Assembly: GCA_044222185.1 (NCBI GenBank)
Contig: JBGANV010000001.1
Span: forward strand, 1,632,001 to 1,696,000
Source: Planctomycetota bacterium
GTDB lineage: Bacteria > Planctomycetota > GCA-002687715 > CAIWVZ01
Length of the DNA stretch: 64,000 nucleotides
Direction: 5' to 3'
Positions 38,907 to 49,200 of this stretch are shown here, in pieces. How positions within the stretch are numbered: position 1 is the first letter of the stretch; every line of letters starts with the position of its first letter. Both the position numbers and the translations under genes were made by a program. The notes below the pieces were generated by a model. The model had not been told where the DNA came from. It worked only from the letters and a program-made list of their open reading frames with translations, and ran no database searches.

Positions 38907-40130
38907 ATGTCCACGCGGCCCATCGTCCTCGCGGGCCTTCTTGCTGCGGTGCTCAACGCCCAGCAAGCCGGCGACGCCAACCGGAACTACACGATCAACG
39001 GCAATGGTGCGCTCGCGATCTCAGCGTGTCTTCCGACGATTGCCTACGACTCCGTCCCTATTCCCGGCTCGATGACGAACGTCTACACGACGTCAGATGC
39101 GGCCGCGCCGGTGATCTGGGCGACGAGTCCGACGTTCACCGTCCCAGGCCTCGGCTTCGGCCCGAACGAGGCGAACCTCGGTACGCCGCCGAGCTTCGCG
39201 AACGTGACCTTCATCGGCGACGGAACGCAACCCGGCTTCCTCAACTCCGTGTTTCGAACGGATTCGAACACCGGGCCGACGCACGCATTCACGCTCGCGG
39301 TGCCGACGAACCCGCTCATGCTGAACCTGGTGGAACGGTTCTGCATGATCCACTTCTCGCCGACCTCGTCGGTTGGAGCGTGGGTCTCGCAGACGCACAG
39401 CGTCGGATTCGGGTTCACTCACAACCCGCCACCCCCGCCAGGTTCGGTGGATCCGTTTCTCGCCATCGGCAACGCCGCTCCGGCGCCGAATGCCGCGCCG
39501 ATTGCCGGCGCGGGTGACGACTCTTCGACTCCCGTCGCGCTGGGCTTCAGCTTCACGTTCTTCGGCGTGAACTACAGCACGCTCTACGTCGGGTCGAACG
39601 GCTACCTGACGTCGACGCCATTCCAGGCATTCACCGAATCGGTCGCGGCATTCACCGGTGGACCCGCGCCCAACAACGCGGCGAAGATCTGTGCGTTCTG
39701 GGACGACTTCAACCTGCTTGCTGCCGGCGCCGCGGGGAACGCGAGCCTGAAGTTCGCGACGGATGGAGCGTCGCAATGCGAGTTCAGTTGGGTGGCGGTT
39801 CCCGAGTTCGGCAGCATCTGGTCCGCGACGAACCAGAACAACTTCAAGGTCACGCTGACGCAGGGTGCCGGCGCGGGCACCGTGACGATCGACTTCGGCC
39901 TCATGGCCGCGCTGGACGGACTCGTCGGTCTGAGTCCCGGCGGGAACCCCGGCCTCGCGACCGCGCAATCCGTGAACTTCAGCTTCGGTCCGGCCGGATC
40001 GAACAACCCCATCTGCACGGGCCGCGCCGTGTACGAGATGTTCGTCGGCGGGTCGGCCCCGAACGACCTGGCCGGTCGCTCGATCACGTTCCTCTTGGAC
40101 TCCACGGGAACGCCCATCTATTGGCAGTGA
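38907..40130 (+). CDS. exported protein with NIDO-like domain (paralog 2)
   Basis: Colinear with paralog 1 over its whole length; GDD...LGFSFTFFG...GSNGYLT...FWDDF. Confidence 0.8.
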   Translation: MSTRPIVLAGLLAAVLNAQQAGDANRNYTINGNGALAISACLPTIAYDSVPIPGSMTNVYTTSDAAAPVIWATSPTFTVPGLGFGPNEANLGTPPSFANVTFIGDGTQPGFLNSVFRTDSNTGPTHAFTLAVPTNPLMLNLVERFCMIHFSPTSSVGAWVSQTHSVGFGFTHNPPPPPGSVDPFLAIGNAAPAPNAAPIAGAGDDSSTPVALGFSFTFFGVNYSTLYVGSNGYLTSTPFQAFTESVAAFTGGPAPNNAAKICAFWDDFNLLAAGAAGNASLKFATDGASQCEFSWVAVPEFGSIWSATNQNNFKVTLTQGAGAGTVTIDFGLMAALDGLVGLSPGGNPGLATAQSVNFSFGPAGSNNPICTGRAVYEMFVGGSAPNDLAGRSITFLLDSTGTPIYWQ

Positions 40131-40154
40131 CCCCGTCGACCGGTCCCAACCCGC

Positions 40155-41102
40155 TCAATATCCGAGGGCTGGATCCACGTTCAGGCGCGGCGTCCGTCCG
40201 GCGCGGATGTCCGCGAGGGAATCGAGGAAGCTCCCCGCCGCCTCGCTCACCTCGGTGAGCGCGGAGCAGTGCGGTGACACGATGATGCGAGGGTCGCGCC
40301 ACAGTGGCGAGTCGGCGGGCAACGGCTCCGTCTCGAACACGTCCAGTGCTGCCCCGGTCAGGCAACCCGCGTCCAACGCCGCAACCATCGCGTCGTGGTC
40401 GACCACCGCGCCGCGAGCGACGTTGATCAGGAACGCGCCGCGACAGCCGCCGAGAACACGGGCATCGAACGACCGCCAGGTCTGCTCCGTCAGGGGCAGC
40501 GTGAGGATCACCCATCGCGCGGTCGAGAGCACGGCTGCCACATCGGTGAACGGGACGACCGTCTCGAATGCACCGGAAGCTCGGCCGGTGCGCGAAACCC
40601 CAACCGCGCGCGCCCCGGCGCCGCGGAACAGGCGCCCGACCGCGGCCCCGATGTCACCGGTCCCGACGACGACCGCCGTAGTTCCCTCGAAGTCGATGGG
40701 ATCGAGCTTCTGCCACCGTGCGCCAGCCTGCTGCATGAGCAGTTCAGGCATGCGCTGCGAGACGAACAGCGCGCGCGCGAGGCAGTACTCGGCGATGCGC
40801 ACGCCGAACCGGCCGCGTGTCCGGGTGAGGATGCGTCCCGTCGCCCATGGCTTGCGGAACAGGAATGCATCGACGCCCGCCCCGGTGGATTGAACCCAGC
40901 GAATCGATCCGAGCCCGCAGGACGGAGGCCGAAATCCGACGAACGTATCCGCCCAGCTCACGTCCTCGGGAGTGACGCTCTCGAGTGCACGCGCCCGGAA
41001 GGACAGCTCGGGGACGCGCGCCGCGACGAAGCGCGCCAGTTCCTCGCCGAGACGGTCCGCGACGAGGATCCGGTCCGGAGAGAACGCCGCAGGACCGGTC
41101 AC
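40155..41102 (-). CDS. D-2-hydroxyacid dehydrogenase family protein
   Basis: GTGA overlap with the preA stop; GAGVD, VVGTGDIG, INVARG, DVFETEP, SPH. Confidence 0.88.
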   Translation of the reverse strand: MTGPAAFSPDRILVADRLGEELARFVAARVPELSFRARALESVTPEDVSWADTFVGFRPPSCGLGSIRWVQSTGAGVDAFLFRKPWATGRILTRTRGRFGVRIAEYCLARALFVSQRMPELLMQQAGARWQKLDPIDFEGTTAVVVGTGDIGAAVGRLFRGAGARAVGVSRTGRASGAFETVVPFTDVAAVLSTARWVILTLPLTEQTWRSFDARVLGGCRGAFLINVARGAVVDHDAMVAALDAGCLTGAALDVFETEPLPADSPLWRDPRIIVSPHCSALTEVSEAAGSFLDSLADIRAGRTPRLNVDPALGY

Positions 41103-42508
41103 GAGCCCCGGCCCTCCGCCGCCGGCGGCGAAGCGTCGTGCCTCCGGCGAGTCTCTTCGAGCCCGCCCGGCACGAAATCCCCGGAGCGTCGGACGCGATC
41201 GTCCCACGTCTCGGGGATCCTCGTCACCCGGTCCTCCACCATCGTGATGCATCCCGCCACCGGGCACACGAGCGCACACAGGTTGCAACCGATGCACTCG
41301 GATTCGTCGACGTGGGGAACGAAGCGTTCCGGAAACCCGGCAGGCGCGACGACAGGCCGCGCGGGCACGTCCTTTGGAACCCTCGTGTGACCGGCGGCAC
41401 GTGCCTCCGCCTCCGTGCGACCCGGAAGATGGATGCACTGGTGCGCTCCGTCGAGGCACGACACGTAGCAGAGCTGGCACCCGATGCAGGTCTGTGCATC
41501 GATGCGGGCCACGACGCGGTAGTTCAGGTCGAGTGCGCCCCAATCGACGAACGCGCCGACGGCGCGGCCGCGCAGGGAAGCGACGGACGGAATCCCGTGA
41601 TCGTCGAGGTAATCGCCGAGGCCGTCGATCATCTCGGAAACGATGCGGAAGCCATGGTGCATGACGGCCGTGCACACCTGCACGCAGCCAGCTCCCAGCG
41701 CGATGAATTCCGCAGCGTCGCGCCAGTTGGAGATTCCACCGATCCCCGACAACGGGACGCGCGTGTTCGGATTCCGCGCGAGCTGTCCCACCATGTGAAG
41801 GGCGATCGGCTTGATCGCAGGGCCGCAGTAGCCACCGTTCGTCGACGCCCGATCCACCCGCGGAAGCGGAACGAGTCGATCGAGATCGACTCCCATCAGG
41901 GATTTCACCGTGTTGACGAGGGCGATCGCGTGGGCACCGCCTTCGACTGCGGCCTCCCCCGGCTCGTTGATGTCCGCGACGTTCGGGCTCAGTTTCACGA
42001 TGACGGGAAGCGAAGAGTGCTCCACGACCCAGTGCGTGATCTCGGCGAGGAGACGCGGATCCTGCCCGACGACCGACCCCATTCCGCGCTCGCACATGCC
42101 GTGGGGACAGCCGAAATTCAACTCCAACCCGTCGGCTCCCGTGTCGACGGCGCGTGCCACGAGCTCACGCCACTCGGCCTTCGTCTCCGTCATGAGGGAC
42201 GCGACGACCGCGTGCTTCGGGAACCGCCGTTTGACCTCGGCGATCTCCCGCAGGTTGTCGGCCAGCGGGCGATCGGTGATGAGCTCGATGTTGTTGAGTC
42301 CCGCGACGCGCGCACCGCCGAAGTCGACGCTCGCCAGGCGACTCGACACGTTCACGATCGGGTTCCCGATGGTCTTCCAGACCGCGCCCCCCCAACCGGC
42401 GTCGAAGGCCCGCATCACCTGCCCAGCCGTGTTCGTCGGTGGCCCACTGGCGAGCCAGAACGGGTTCGGCGCCTTGATTCCGGCGAAGTCGACGCTGAGA
42501 TCAGCCAT
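41099..42508 (-). CDS. preA: NAD-dependent dihydropyrimidine dehydrogenase subunit PreA
   Basis: NPFWLASGPPT, GLNNIELI, LELNFGCPHG, GGYCGPAIKPIAL; two CxxCxxC Fe-S motifs. Confidence 0.95.
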   Translation of the reverse strand: MADLSVDFAGIKAPNPFWLASGPPTNTAGQVMRAFDAGWGGAVWKTIGNPIVNVSSRLASVDFGGARVAGLNNIELITDRPLADNLREIAEVKRRFPKHAVVASLMTETKAEWRELVARAVDTGADGLELNFGCPHGMCERGMGSVVGQDPRLLAEITHWVVEHSSLPVIVKLSPNVADINEPGEAAVEGGAHAIALVNTVKSLMGVDLDRLVPLPRVDRASTNGGYCGPAIKPIALHMVGQLARNPNTRVPLSGIGGISNWRDAAEFIALGAGCVQVCTAVMHHGFRIVSEMIDGLGDYLDDHGIPSVASLRGRAVGAFVDWGALDLNYRVVARIDAQTCIGCQLCYVSCLDGAHQCIHLPGRTEAEARAAGHTRVPKDVPARPVVAPAGFPERFVPHVDESECIGCNLCALVCPVAGCITMVEDRVTRIPETWDDRVRRSGDFVPGGLEETRRRHDASPPAAEGRGS

Positions 42509-43862
42509 GGGACACGCCTCCGAGAGTGCGCGAGATGTCTCGGGCAGCGACCTTCGCCTCCGCTACGGCGTTCACGACCTCACGCCCGCCGTTCACGCAA
42601 TCGCCGGCGGCCCAGACGCGTGGGTTGCCCGTGCGATGCGTCGCCGGGTCGACGACGATTCGGCCGCGCGGGTCCAGAGCCACGCCGGAGAACGCCAGCG
42701 CGAGCGCCGCCGCCGAGCGGTCCTGCCCGACGGCGACGACGGCGAGATCGCAGGGAATCCGCTGAGGGACGGGAGCGCCGGGGCCGAATCCATCGGAGGG
42801 AAGCACGTCCACGCTGGTGATGGGCGACGACTCGGACGCGCCGTGTCGATTGAACGCCGACACGCGCCGGCGATCGAGGATGACCACGCCCGCGTGGCGT
42901 GCCGCGTCCACTTCGTGGCGGAAGGCGGGAAGCTCGGACTCCGATCGCCTGCAGATGAGCGACACGTCGGGGACCCCTACGCCTCGAAGCTGGCGGACGA
43001 CGTCGACGGCCGTGTTGCCCCCTCCGATGACGACGGCTCTGCGCAGCCCGACGAATGCCGACCGCTCCGGTCCGCTCGTCTTCAACCGCTCGATGAACGC
43101 CGTCGCTCCGATCACGCCTGGCAGGTCCTCGCCCGGGACGCCGAGTCGGCCGTCGCCGCCGAGGCCGACTCCGAGGAACACGGCATCGAACTCTCGGACG
43201 AGGTCAGCCGCTCCAAGGCTCGGTTCCCCCGCCCGCATGGCCCCGACTTCCACGCCAAGCCGGAATTCCACACCCAGCGAGCGCACCCACTCGGCTTCGA
43301 TGCGCGCATCCTCGGCAGGAAGCTTGTAGACGGCGATCCCGTGGGTGTTGAGTCCGCCCGGTTGCGCGCGCTTCTCGAAGATCACCACCTCGTGGCCATC
43401 GAAGCGGAGTTGCGCTGCGATCGCGAGTGACGCAGGTCCCGCGCCCACGCAGGCCACGCGGCGGCCGGTCGCGGGGCCAGGCGCCTTCGCGTGCCATCCG
43501 GCGCGGACGAAGGGCTCGGTCGCCCAGCGCTGGAGCCGACCGATCTCGATCGGTGGCTTCTCCCATGCCTGGTAGACGCACGCGCCCGCGCACAGGACTT
43601 CGACGGGACACGTCCGCCCGCACGACCATCCCAGCGGGTTCGCATCCAGGATCAGGCGTGCCGCACCCTTCCGATTGCCCGTGGCGATGCGTCGAATGAA
43701 ACCGGGGACGTCGATCTCCGTCGGACAGGCCTTCACACATGGCGCATCGGCGCAGTAGAGACAGCGCAGGGCTTCGGCGACGGCGTGGCCATCGCCAAGC
43801 AGCGGTGCGTGGTCCGGAATCGGCGGCTCGGAGCGCGCGTCGGGCGTGCTGGCAGTCGTCAT
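42501..43862 (-). CDS. preT: dihydropyrimidine dehydrogenase subunit PreT (GltD-like)
   Basis: EALRCLYCADAPCVKACP, VGAGPAS, IGGGNTAVD, AAGDCVNGG; adjacent to preA. Confidence 0.92.
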   Translation of the reverse strand: MTTASTPDARSEPPIPDHAPLLGDGHAVAEALRCLYCADAPCVKACPTEIDVPGFIRRIATGNRKGAARLILDANPLGWSCGRTCPVEVLCAGACVYQAWEKPPIEIGRLQRWATEPFVRAGWHAKAPGPATGRRVACVGAGPASLAIAAQLRFDGHEVVIFEKRAQPGGLNTHGIAVYKLPAEDARIEAEWVRSLGVEFRLGVEVGAMRAGEPSLGAADLVREFDAVFLGVGLGGDGRLGVPGEDLPGVIGATAFIERLKTSGPERSAFVGLRRAVVIGGGNTAVDVVRQLRGVGVPDVSLICRRSESELPAFRHEVDAARHAGVVILDRRRVSAFNRHGASESSPITSVDVLPSDGFGPGAPVPQRIPCDLAVVAVGQDRSAAALALAFSGVALDPRGRIVVDPATHRTGNPRVWAAGDCVNGGREVVNAVAEAKVAARDISRTLGGVSHG

Positions 43863-43921
43863 CGGCGGCGGATTCTACGCGTCGGCCGACGGAGCCCCGA
43901 GACCCGGAATGACGGCCGGAA

Positions 43922-45298
43922 CTACCGCGTCGACCGTTTCACGAACGCTCCACGACCCGGCCGACCGATGAACCGGCCGCCCTCGACGATCACCTCGCCG
44001 CGCGAGAGCACCACGTCGGGCGACCCTTTGAGTTCGCGGCCTTCATAGGGGTTGTAGTCGACCCGCATGTGGTGCGTCCTCGCGCTGACGACCTGCTTGC
44101 GCTCCGGGTCGAACACGACGACGTCGGCATCGCTCCCCGGCGCCAGCGTGCCCTTTCTCGGGAACAGGCCGAAGATCTTCGCGGGCGACGTGGAAGTCAG
44201 CTCGACGAATCGGTTCAGCGAGATGTTCCCCCCGAGGACGCCGCCGTCGTGCATGAGCGCGAGGCGGGTCTCGATCCCGGGTGCACCGTTCGGGATCTTG
44301 CTGAAGTCGTCCTTCCCGAGGGTCTTCTGGTCCGCCATGCAGAAGGGGCAGTGGTCCGTCGCCACGACCTGCAGGTCGTTCAGCCGCAGGCCGCGCCACA
44401 GGTCCTTCTGCTTCGCGCGGTCGCGCAACGGCGGGCTCATGACGTACTTCGCTCCGTCGAAACCGGGCTCGTCGTAGTTCTCAGTCGACAGGAAGAGGTA
44501 CTGCGGACAGGTCTCTGCGAAGGCCTCGATCCCGCGATCGCGAGCTTCCGCGACCTTCTCCAGCGCCTCGGCCGCCGAGAGGTGGACGATGTAGACCGGC
44601 GTTCCGGCGACCTCGGCGAGGCACAGAGCGCGGTGTGTCGCTTCCGCCTCCAGTCGTGGGGGACGCGTCAGCGCGTGCCACTTCGGCGCCCGGTGGCCTC
44701 TCCGCAGCGCCTGCTCGACGAGCACGTCGATCACGGGACCATTCTCCGCGTGCATGCAGATCATCGCGCCGAGTTCGCCCGCCCGCTGGAGCGTGCGGAA
44801 GATGGACGCGTCGTCCATGAGGAACACGCCGGGATAGGCCATGAACAGTTTGAACGACGTGATCCCCTCGCGAACCATGGCGCCCATCTCGGCGCGGAGC
44901 GCGTCCGTGGATTCGCGCATGATCATGTGGAAGCCGTAATCGATCACGGCCTTCCCCTCGGCCTTGCGCATCCACGTTTCGAACGCCTGGCGCAGACTTT
45001 GCCCGAACTCGGGAATGGCGAAGTCGACGATCGTCGTCGTTCCACCGAATGCAGCCGCCACGGTCCCCGTGTGGAAGTCGTCCGCCGAGTTCGTGCCCCC
45101 GAACGGCATGTCGAGGTGCGTGTGGACGTCGATGCCGCCGGGAAGCACGTAGCGCCCCGTCGCGTCGATGGTGCGGTCCACGGTGACGGTGTCGAACGAA
45201 CGACCGATGGCCTCGATCGTCTCGCCGTCGATGAGCACGTCGGCCCGACACCGGTCGACGGCCGTGACGACCGTCCCGCCCTTGATCAGTGTGCGCAT
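43922..45298 (-). CDS. hydA: dihydropyrimidinase
   Basis: GGIDVHTH, GITSFKLFMAY, HAENG, YIVHLS, ETCPQYL, TDHCPF. Confidence 0.96.
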   Translation of the reverse strand: MRTLIKGGTVVTAVDRCRADVLIDGETIEAIGRSFDTVTVDRTIDATGRYVLPGGIDVHTHLDMPFGGTNSADDFHTGTVAAAFGGTTTIVDFAIPEFGQSLRQAFETWMRKAEGKAVIDYGFHMIMRESTDALRAEMGAMVREGITSFKLFMAYPGVFLMDDASIFRTLQRAGELGAMICMHAENGPVIDVLVEQALRRGHRAPKWHALTRPPRLEAEATHRALCLAEVAGTPVYIVHLSAAEALEKVAEARDRGIEAFAETCPQYLFLSTENYDEPGFDGAKYVMSPPLRDRAKQKDLWRGLRLNDLQVVATDHCPFCMADQKTLGKDDFSKIPNGAPGIETRLALMHDGGVLGGNISLNRFVELTSTSPAKIFGLFPRKGTLAPGSDADVVVFDPERKQVVSARTHHMRVDYNPYEGRELKGSPDVVLSRGEVIVEGGRFIGRPGRGAFVKRSTR

Positions 45299-45311
45299 GT
45301 CGTCCCCTCGC

Positions 45312-46184
45312 TCATGGCAGTTGTTGGGTCAGCGGACCGTACGACTCCGGCCTCCGATCGCGGAAGAACTGCCACGTGCGGCGGACTTCCTCGATCATGC
45401 CCATGTCCATCTCGGCGACGACGAGTTCGTCGCGGTCCTCGGACCCCGTGGCGAGGAACTGGCCCCGTGGATCGCAGAAGTACGACGTGCCGTAGAACTT
45501 CCCGATGTTCCACGGTGGCTCCGTGCCGACGCGATTGAGTGCGCCGACGAAATATCCGTTGGCGACCGCGTGCGCCGGCTGCTCGAGTTTCCAGAGGTAC
45601 TGCGACAGGCCCGCCACCGTCGCCGACGGGTTGAAGACGATCTCGGCGCCGTTCAGCCCGAGGATGCGCGCCCCTTCCGGGAAGTGGCGGTCGTAGCAGA
45701 TGTAGACGCCGATCTTCGCGTACTTCGTCTGGAAGGTCGGGTAGCCCAGATTGCCCGGCTTGAAGAAGAACTTCTCCCAGAAGCCCGACGTGTGTGGAAT
45801 GTGGCTCTTGCGGTACTTGCCCAGGTACGTGCCGTCGGCGTCGATCACCGCGGCGCAGTTGTAGTAGAGGCCGGCCATCTCGCGCTCGTAGACGGGCACG
45901 ATCAGCACCATGCGGTGCTTGCGCGCCAGCTCGGCCATGCGCGCCGTCGTCGGGCCCGGGACCTCCTCCGCGAGGTCGCACCAGCGCGAGTCCTGGCTCG
46001 GGCAGAAGTACGGCGCATTGAAGACCTCCTGCAGGCAGAGGATCTGGACGCCTCGCTTCGCCGCCTCGTCGATGAAGGGCAACGTCTTCGCGACCATGGC
46101 GTCGCGAATCGCGTCGACGGCCCCCGTCGGATCGAACGACGGGACGCTGCACTGCACGAGACCACCAACGACCTTTCGCGGCAT
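45312..46184 (-). CDS. beta-ureidopropionase (nitrilase family)
   Basis: CLQEVFN, YRKSHIP, FWEKFFFKPG, YICYDRHFPEG triad; first gene of the pyrimidine cluster. Confidence 0.92.
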   Translation of the reverse strand: MPRKVVGGLVQCSVPSFDPTGAVDAIRDAMVAKTLPFIDEAAKRGVQILCLQEVFNAPYFCPSQDSRWCDLAEEVPGPTTARMAELARKHRMVLIVPVYEREMAGLYYNCAAVIDADGTYLGKYRKSHIPHTSGFWEKFFFKPGNLGYPTFQTKYAKIGVYICYDRHFPEGARILGLNGAEIVFNPSATVAGLSQYLWKLEQPAHAVANGYFVGALNRVGTEPPWNIGKFYGTSYFCDPRGQFLATGSEDRDELVVAEMDMGMIEEVRRTWQFFRDRRPESYGPLTQQLP

Positions 46185-46286
46185 GAGAGACTCCGGATGA
46201 GCGGCGAGTCTAACGCCGCCCCGGTGAGCCTCCGACACGGGCGTGCCACGGGAGCCGCACGCCCGCGCAGGGCTCGCGGCCGCCGC

Positions 46287-49200
46287 TCACTTGGGCCGCG
46301 ACGTGGGACGTGTGTCCGTCGTGTTCGCGAGCTGCCAACGCTGCGTGGGCCAGCGATCGCACACGAAAACCAGTGCGACGCCCTGTTCCGCGGCGTCGGC
46401 CGGCACCTCGATGCTCACGACGGGAGAGGTCTCCCCGGGCGCGATCGAGGCCACCGTGTGCACGACCTCGTACGCGGGCTCCGATTCCCCGAGCGCAAGC
46501 CCCGCCAGGATCCGCCCAGGACCCGTCGGTTGATCGCCGTCGTTCTGCAACGCGAACTGGATACGCGCATGGTGCGTTGCATCGGGCGGCAGAGCGACGA
46601 ATCCGATCGGTGTGATCCGAGGCCGACGCGTCCGAACCCGGACCGACTTCAGCGTGACGCCCGCGTTCCTGGACTCGACGCGGATCTCCACCCTCTCGTC
46701 CGCAGGGCGCGACTCCGTCGACGGGGCGAGGATGCGCGTGATGCGGAGCCTCCGCTCGACGACTCCATCGATCACACCGATGGTGGGCACAGGCTCCACG
46801 AGTACACCAGGCGCCCCGTTCGTGACGGCGCTGACGTGGACCTCCAATGCAGGGTTGGCCGTCGTGTCGTGGATGAAGAGAGAAATCTCCGCACCATCCC
46901 GGTCGCAGTCGTCCAGTTCCACGTCCGTGGCGTCCACCGTGAGCGTCGTCGACCCGCCTGCCGGCGGCGCGGCGTACGTCACGGCACCCTCGGCGCCAGG
47001 CTGCGACGTCACGATGCGACTCCAGCCCGAGTGCGTCGCCTGGTCGCCACTCCGCAGCATCCAATGGCCGTCCCGCGTCACCGCGCCCGAGAGCGTCCTG
47101 GACGTGGCCTCGCGCGGCAGCACCCATTGCAACGTCCCGTCCTCGTGACCGCTGACGAACATGGCCAAGCCGCGCGAGCAGGCCGTCGTGGAGCCATGCC
47201 CGAGGAATGCCCGGCGTCGCGACGCGTCGTCCACCCACACGCTGCCATCGGCGGACACCGAGTCGAGGGCAGTCGCGCCAGCGAGGGCGACGTGGACGAC
47301 GGCCGACGTGTGTCGCCGCTCCTGGAACGTCGTTCGGCGCATGGCCAGATCGCAGACGGCGACCGTACCGTCGACGCATCCGACCGCGAGACGCGCGCCG
47401 TCAGCGGAGAACGAGAGCGAGGAGACGGCGTCGCGCAGCGTGTCCGTCTGGAAGAGCAGCGCGCCGGTCGCGACCTCGATCACGACGGCGCTCCCCTCGC
47501 CACCCACGGCGAGCCGCGTGCCGTCGTCCGAACACGCGAGGACGTGCACGGCGCCGACGGGAACGGGCAGGTCCAGGAGACGAACGGCTGCGGAATCCAC
47601 GTCGACGATTGCAACGCGGCCGCGCGAAAGGCCCACGGCCACGCCCGCCTTCGCGCCGACGCGTGCCAGCGCCGTGAGGCGATCCTGGATGACGAGCGAC
47701 TTCCGCGGCATACCCGTCCTGGCGGCGAACGTTGCGAGCGTCCCGTCCGCCGTCGCGGCGACGACACGATCGTCAGCTTCGAGGTGAGCCAATCCGACGA
47801 TCTCCGCGTCGTGGTCCATCGTGTGGATCCAGGCCAGCCGCTGGTGGGGCGGCCCGTCCCGCTGCTCGGTGAACCAGAAACACGAGAGCACTCCGTCCCC
47901 GCTCCCTGCGACGACGCTTCCCTGGTGACTGAGGACCTCGACGGCGGTGATCGGGCGGATGACCTCGGGCAGCGTGCGCAGGACTCGCCCCGTGAGGTTG
48001 TCCAACAGTTTGATGGTGCGATCCGACGAGCAGGTCGCGATGACGCGGCCGTCCGGGCGCGGAGACGCCGCGTAGGCGGTCAACAGATGCGGCCGCACGG
48101 TCCAAAGCGGCGTGCCGTCCTCGGAAGACCACGCGCGAATCGTGCGGTCGGCGGAGGCGGACGTGATGACGCGGCCGTCGGGGGAGATGCCAATTCCCTC
48201 CACGCTTCCCTCGTGCCCTTGCAGCGTGCGGACCAGTTCCCCGCCCGGCAGCGCCCAGACCTGGATGAGTCCGCTCAGCGACCCTCCGGCGATCCAGGAA
48301 GCATGGGGACCGAACGCGATCGTGTGCACGTGATCGAGGGCGGGCCCACGGTGGATCGTTCGCACGAGACGGCCGTCGTTGGGATCCCACAGGCGCACCG
48401 TGTTGTCGGCTGCGGCGCTGGCGAGCGTGGTGCCATCACGCGAGAAGACGAGTGCCTTCAGGTCGGAGCGATGGCCCTCGAGCGTGCGCAGGAGTTCGTG
48501 GCTTTCGACGTCCCAGATGCGAACGGTCCGGTCTGCCGACCCGGACACGATCCACCGACCGGTCGGATCGAACGCCACGGCGGAGACGGGAGCCTGGTGG
48601 CCAACGAGCGTCGCCACGCGGCGGCCGTCGTCGACGCGCCACAGGCCCACCGTGCCATCCGCCGAGCCCGTCGCGATGAACGTCGACCGGGGATGGAACG
48701 CCACCGACGTCACCGTCTGCGTGTGCCCGACACAGACGACCTTCACCAGGCCCGACTCGGCGTCCCAGATTCGCGCCGTCTGGTCGCCCGAAGCCGATGC
48801 GAGAAGGCGGCCGTCGGGACTCCAGCACACGGCGAATACGTCCGCCTGATGACCTCGATCGAGGTCGTAGGCTGGTGCGGGCTCCGACTCCCAGAGGCAC
48901 GCCGTTCCGTCGACGCCGCAACTCACGAAGTGCTTGCCGGTCGGCGAAGCCGCGAGCGCCGTGACGCCGCCGTTGTGCGCGCGCCAGGCTGCGGTTCGCG
49001 TCCACGCCTCCCCGCTCGCGCCGTCGGACCGCATCCACGTCGCAACGAGGCCGTCGGCCGTGCCCGTCGCGGCATGGCGGCCATCGTCCCAGCCTGCCGC
49101 AGCACTCACCCAGCTCGTATGCCCGCCGAGCGGAGCGCCGCCCACGCCGTTTCGCCACGGGATCGCGCGCTTGTCCGAACCGCCCGTGAGATAGCCGGCG

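Noticed and set aside
40155-42095. 646-aa ORF as a long dehydrogenase fusion
   Set aside because: The upstream part overlaps preA in another frame; the dehydrogenase starts at GTG 41102.
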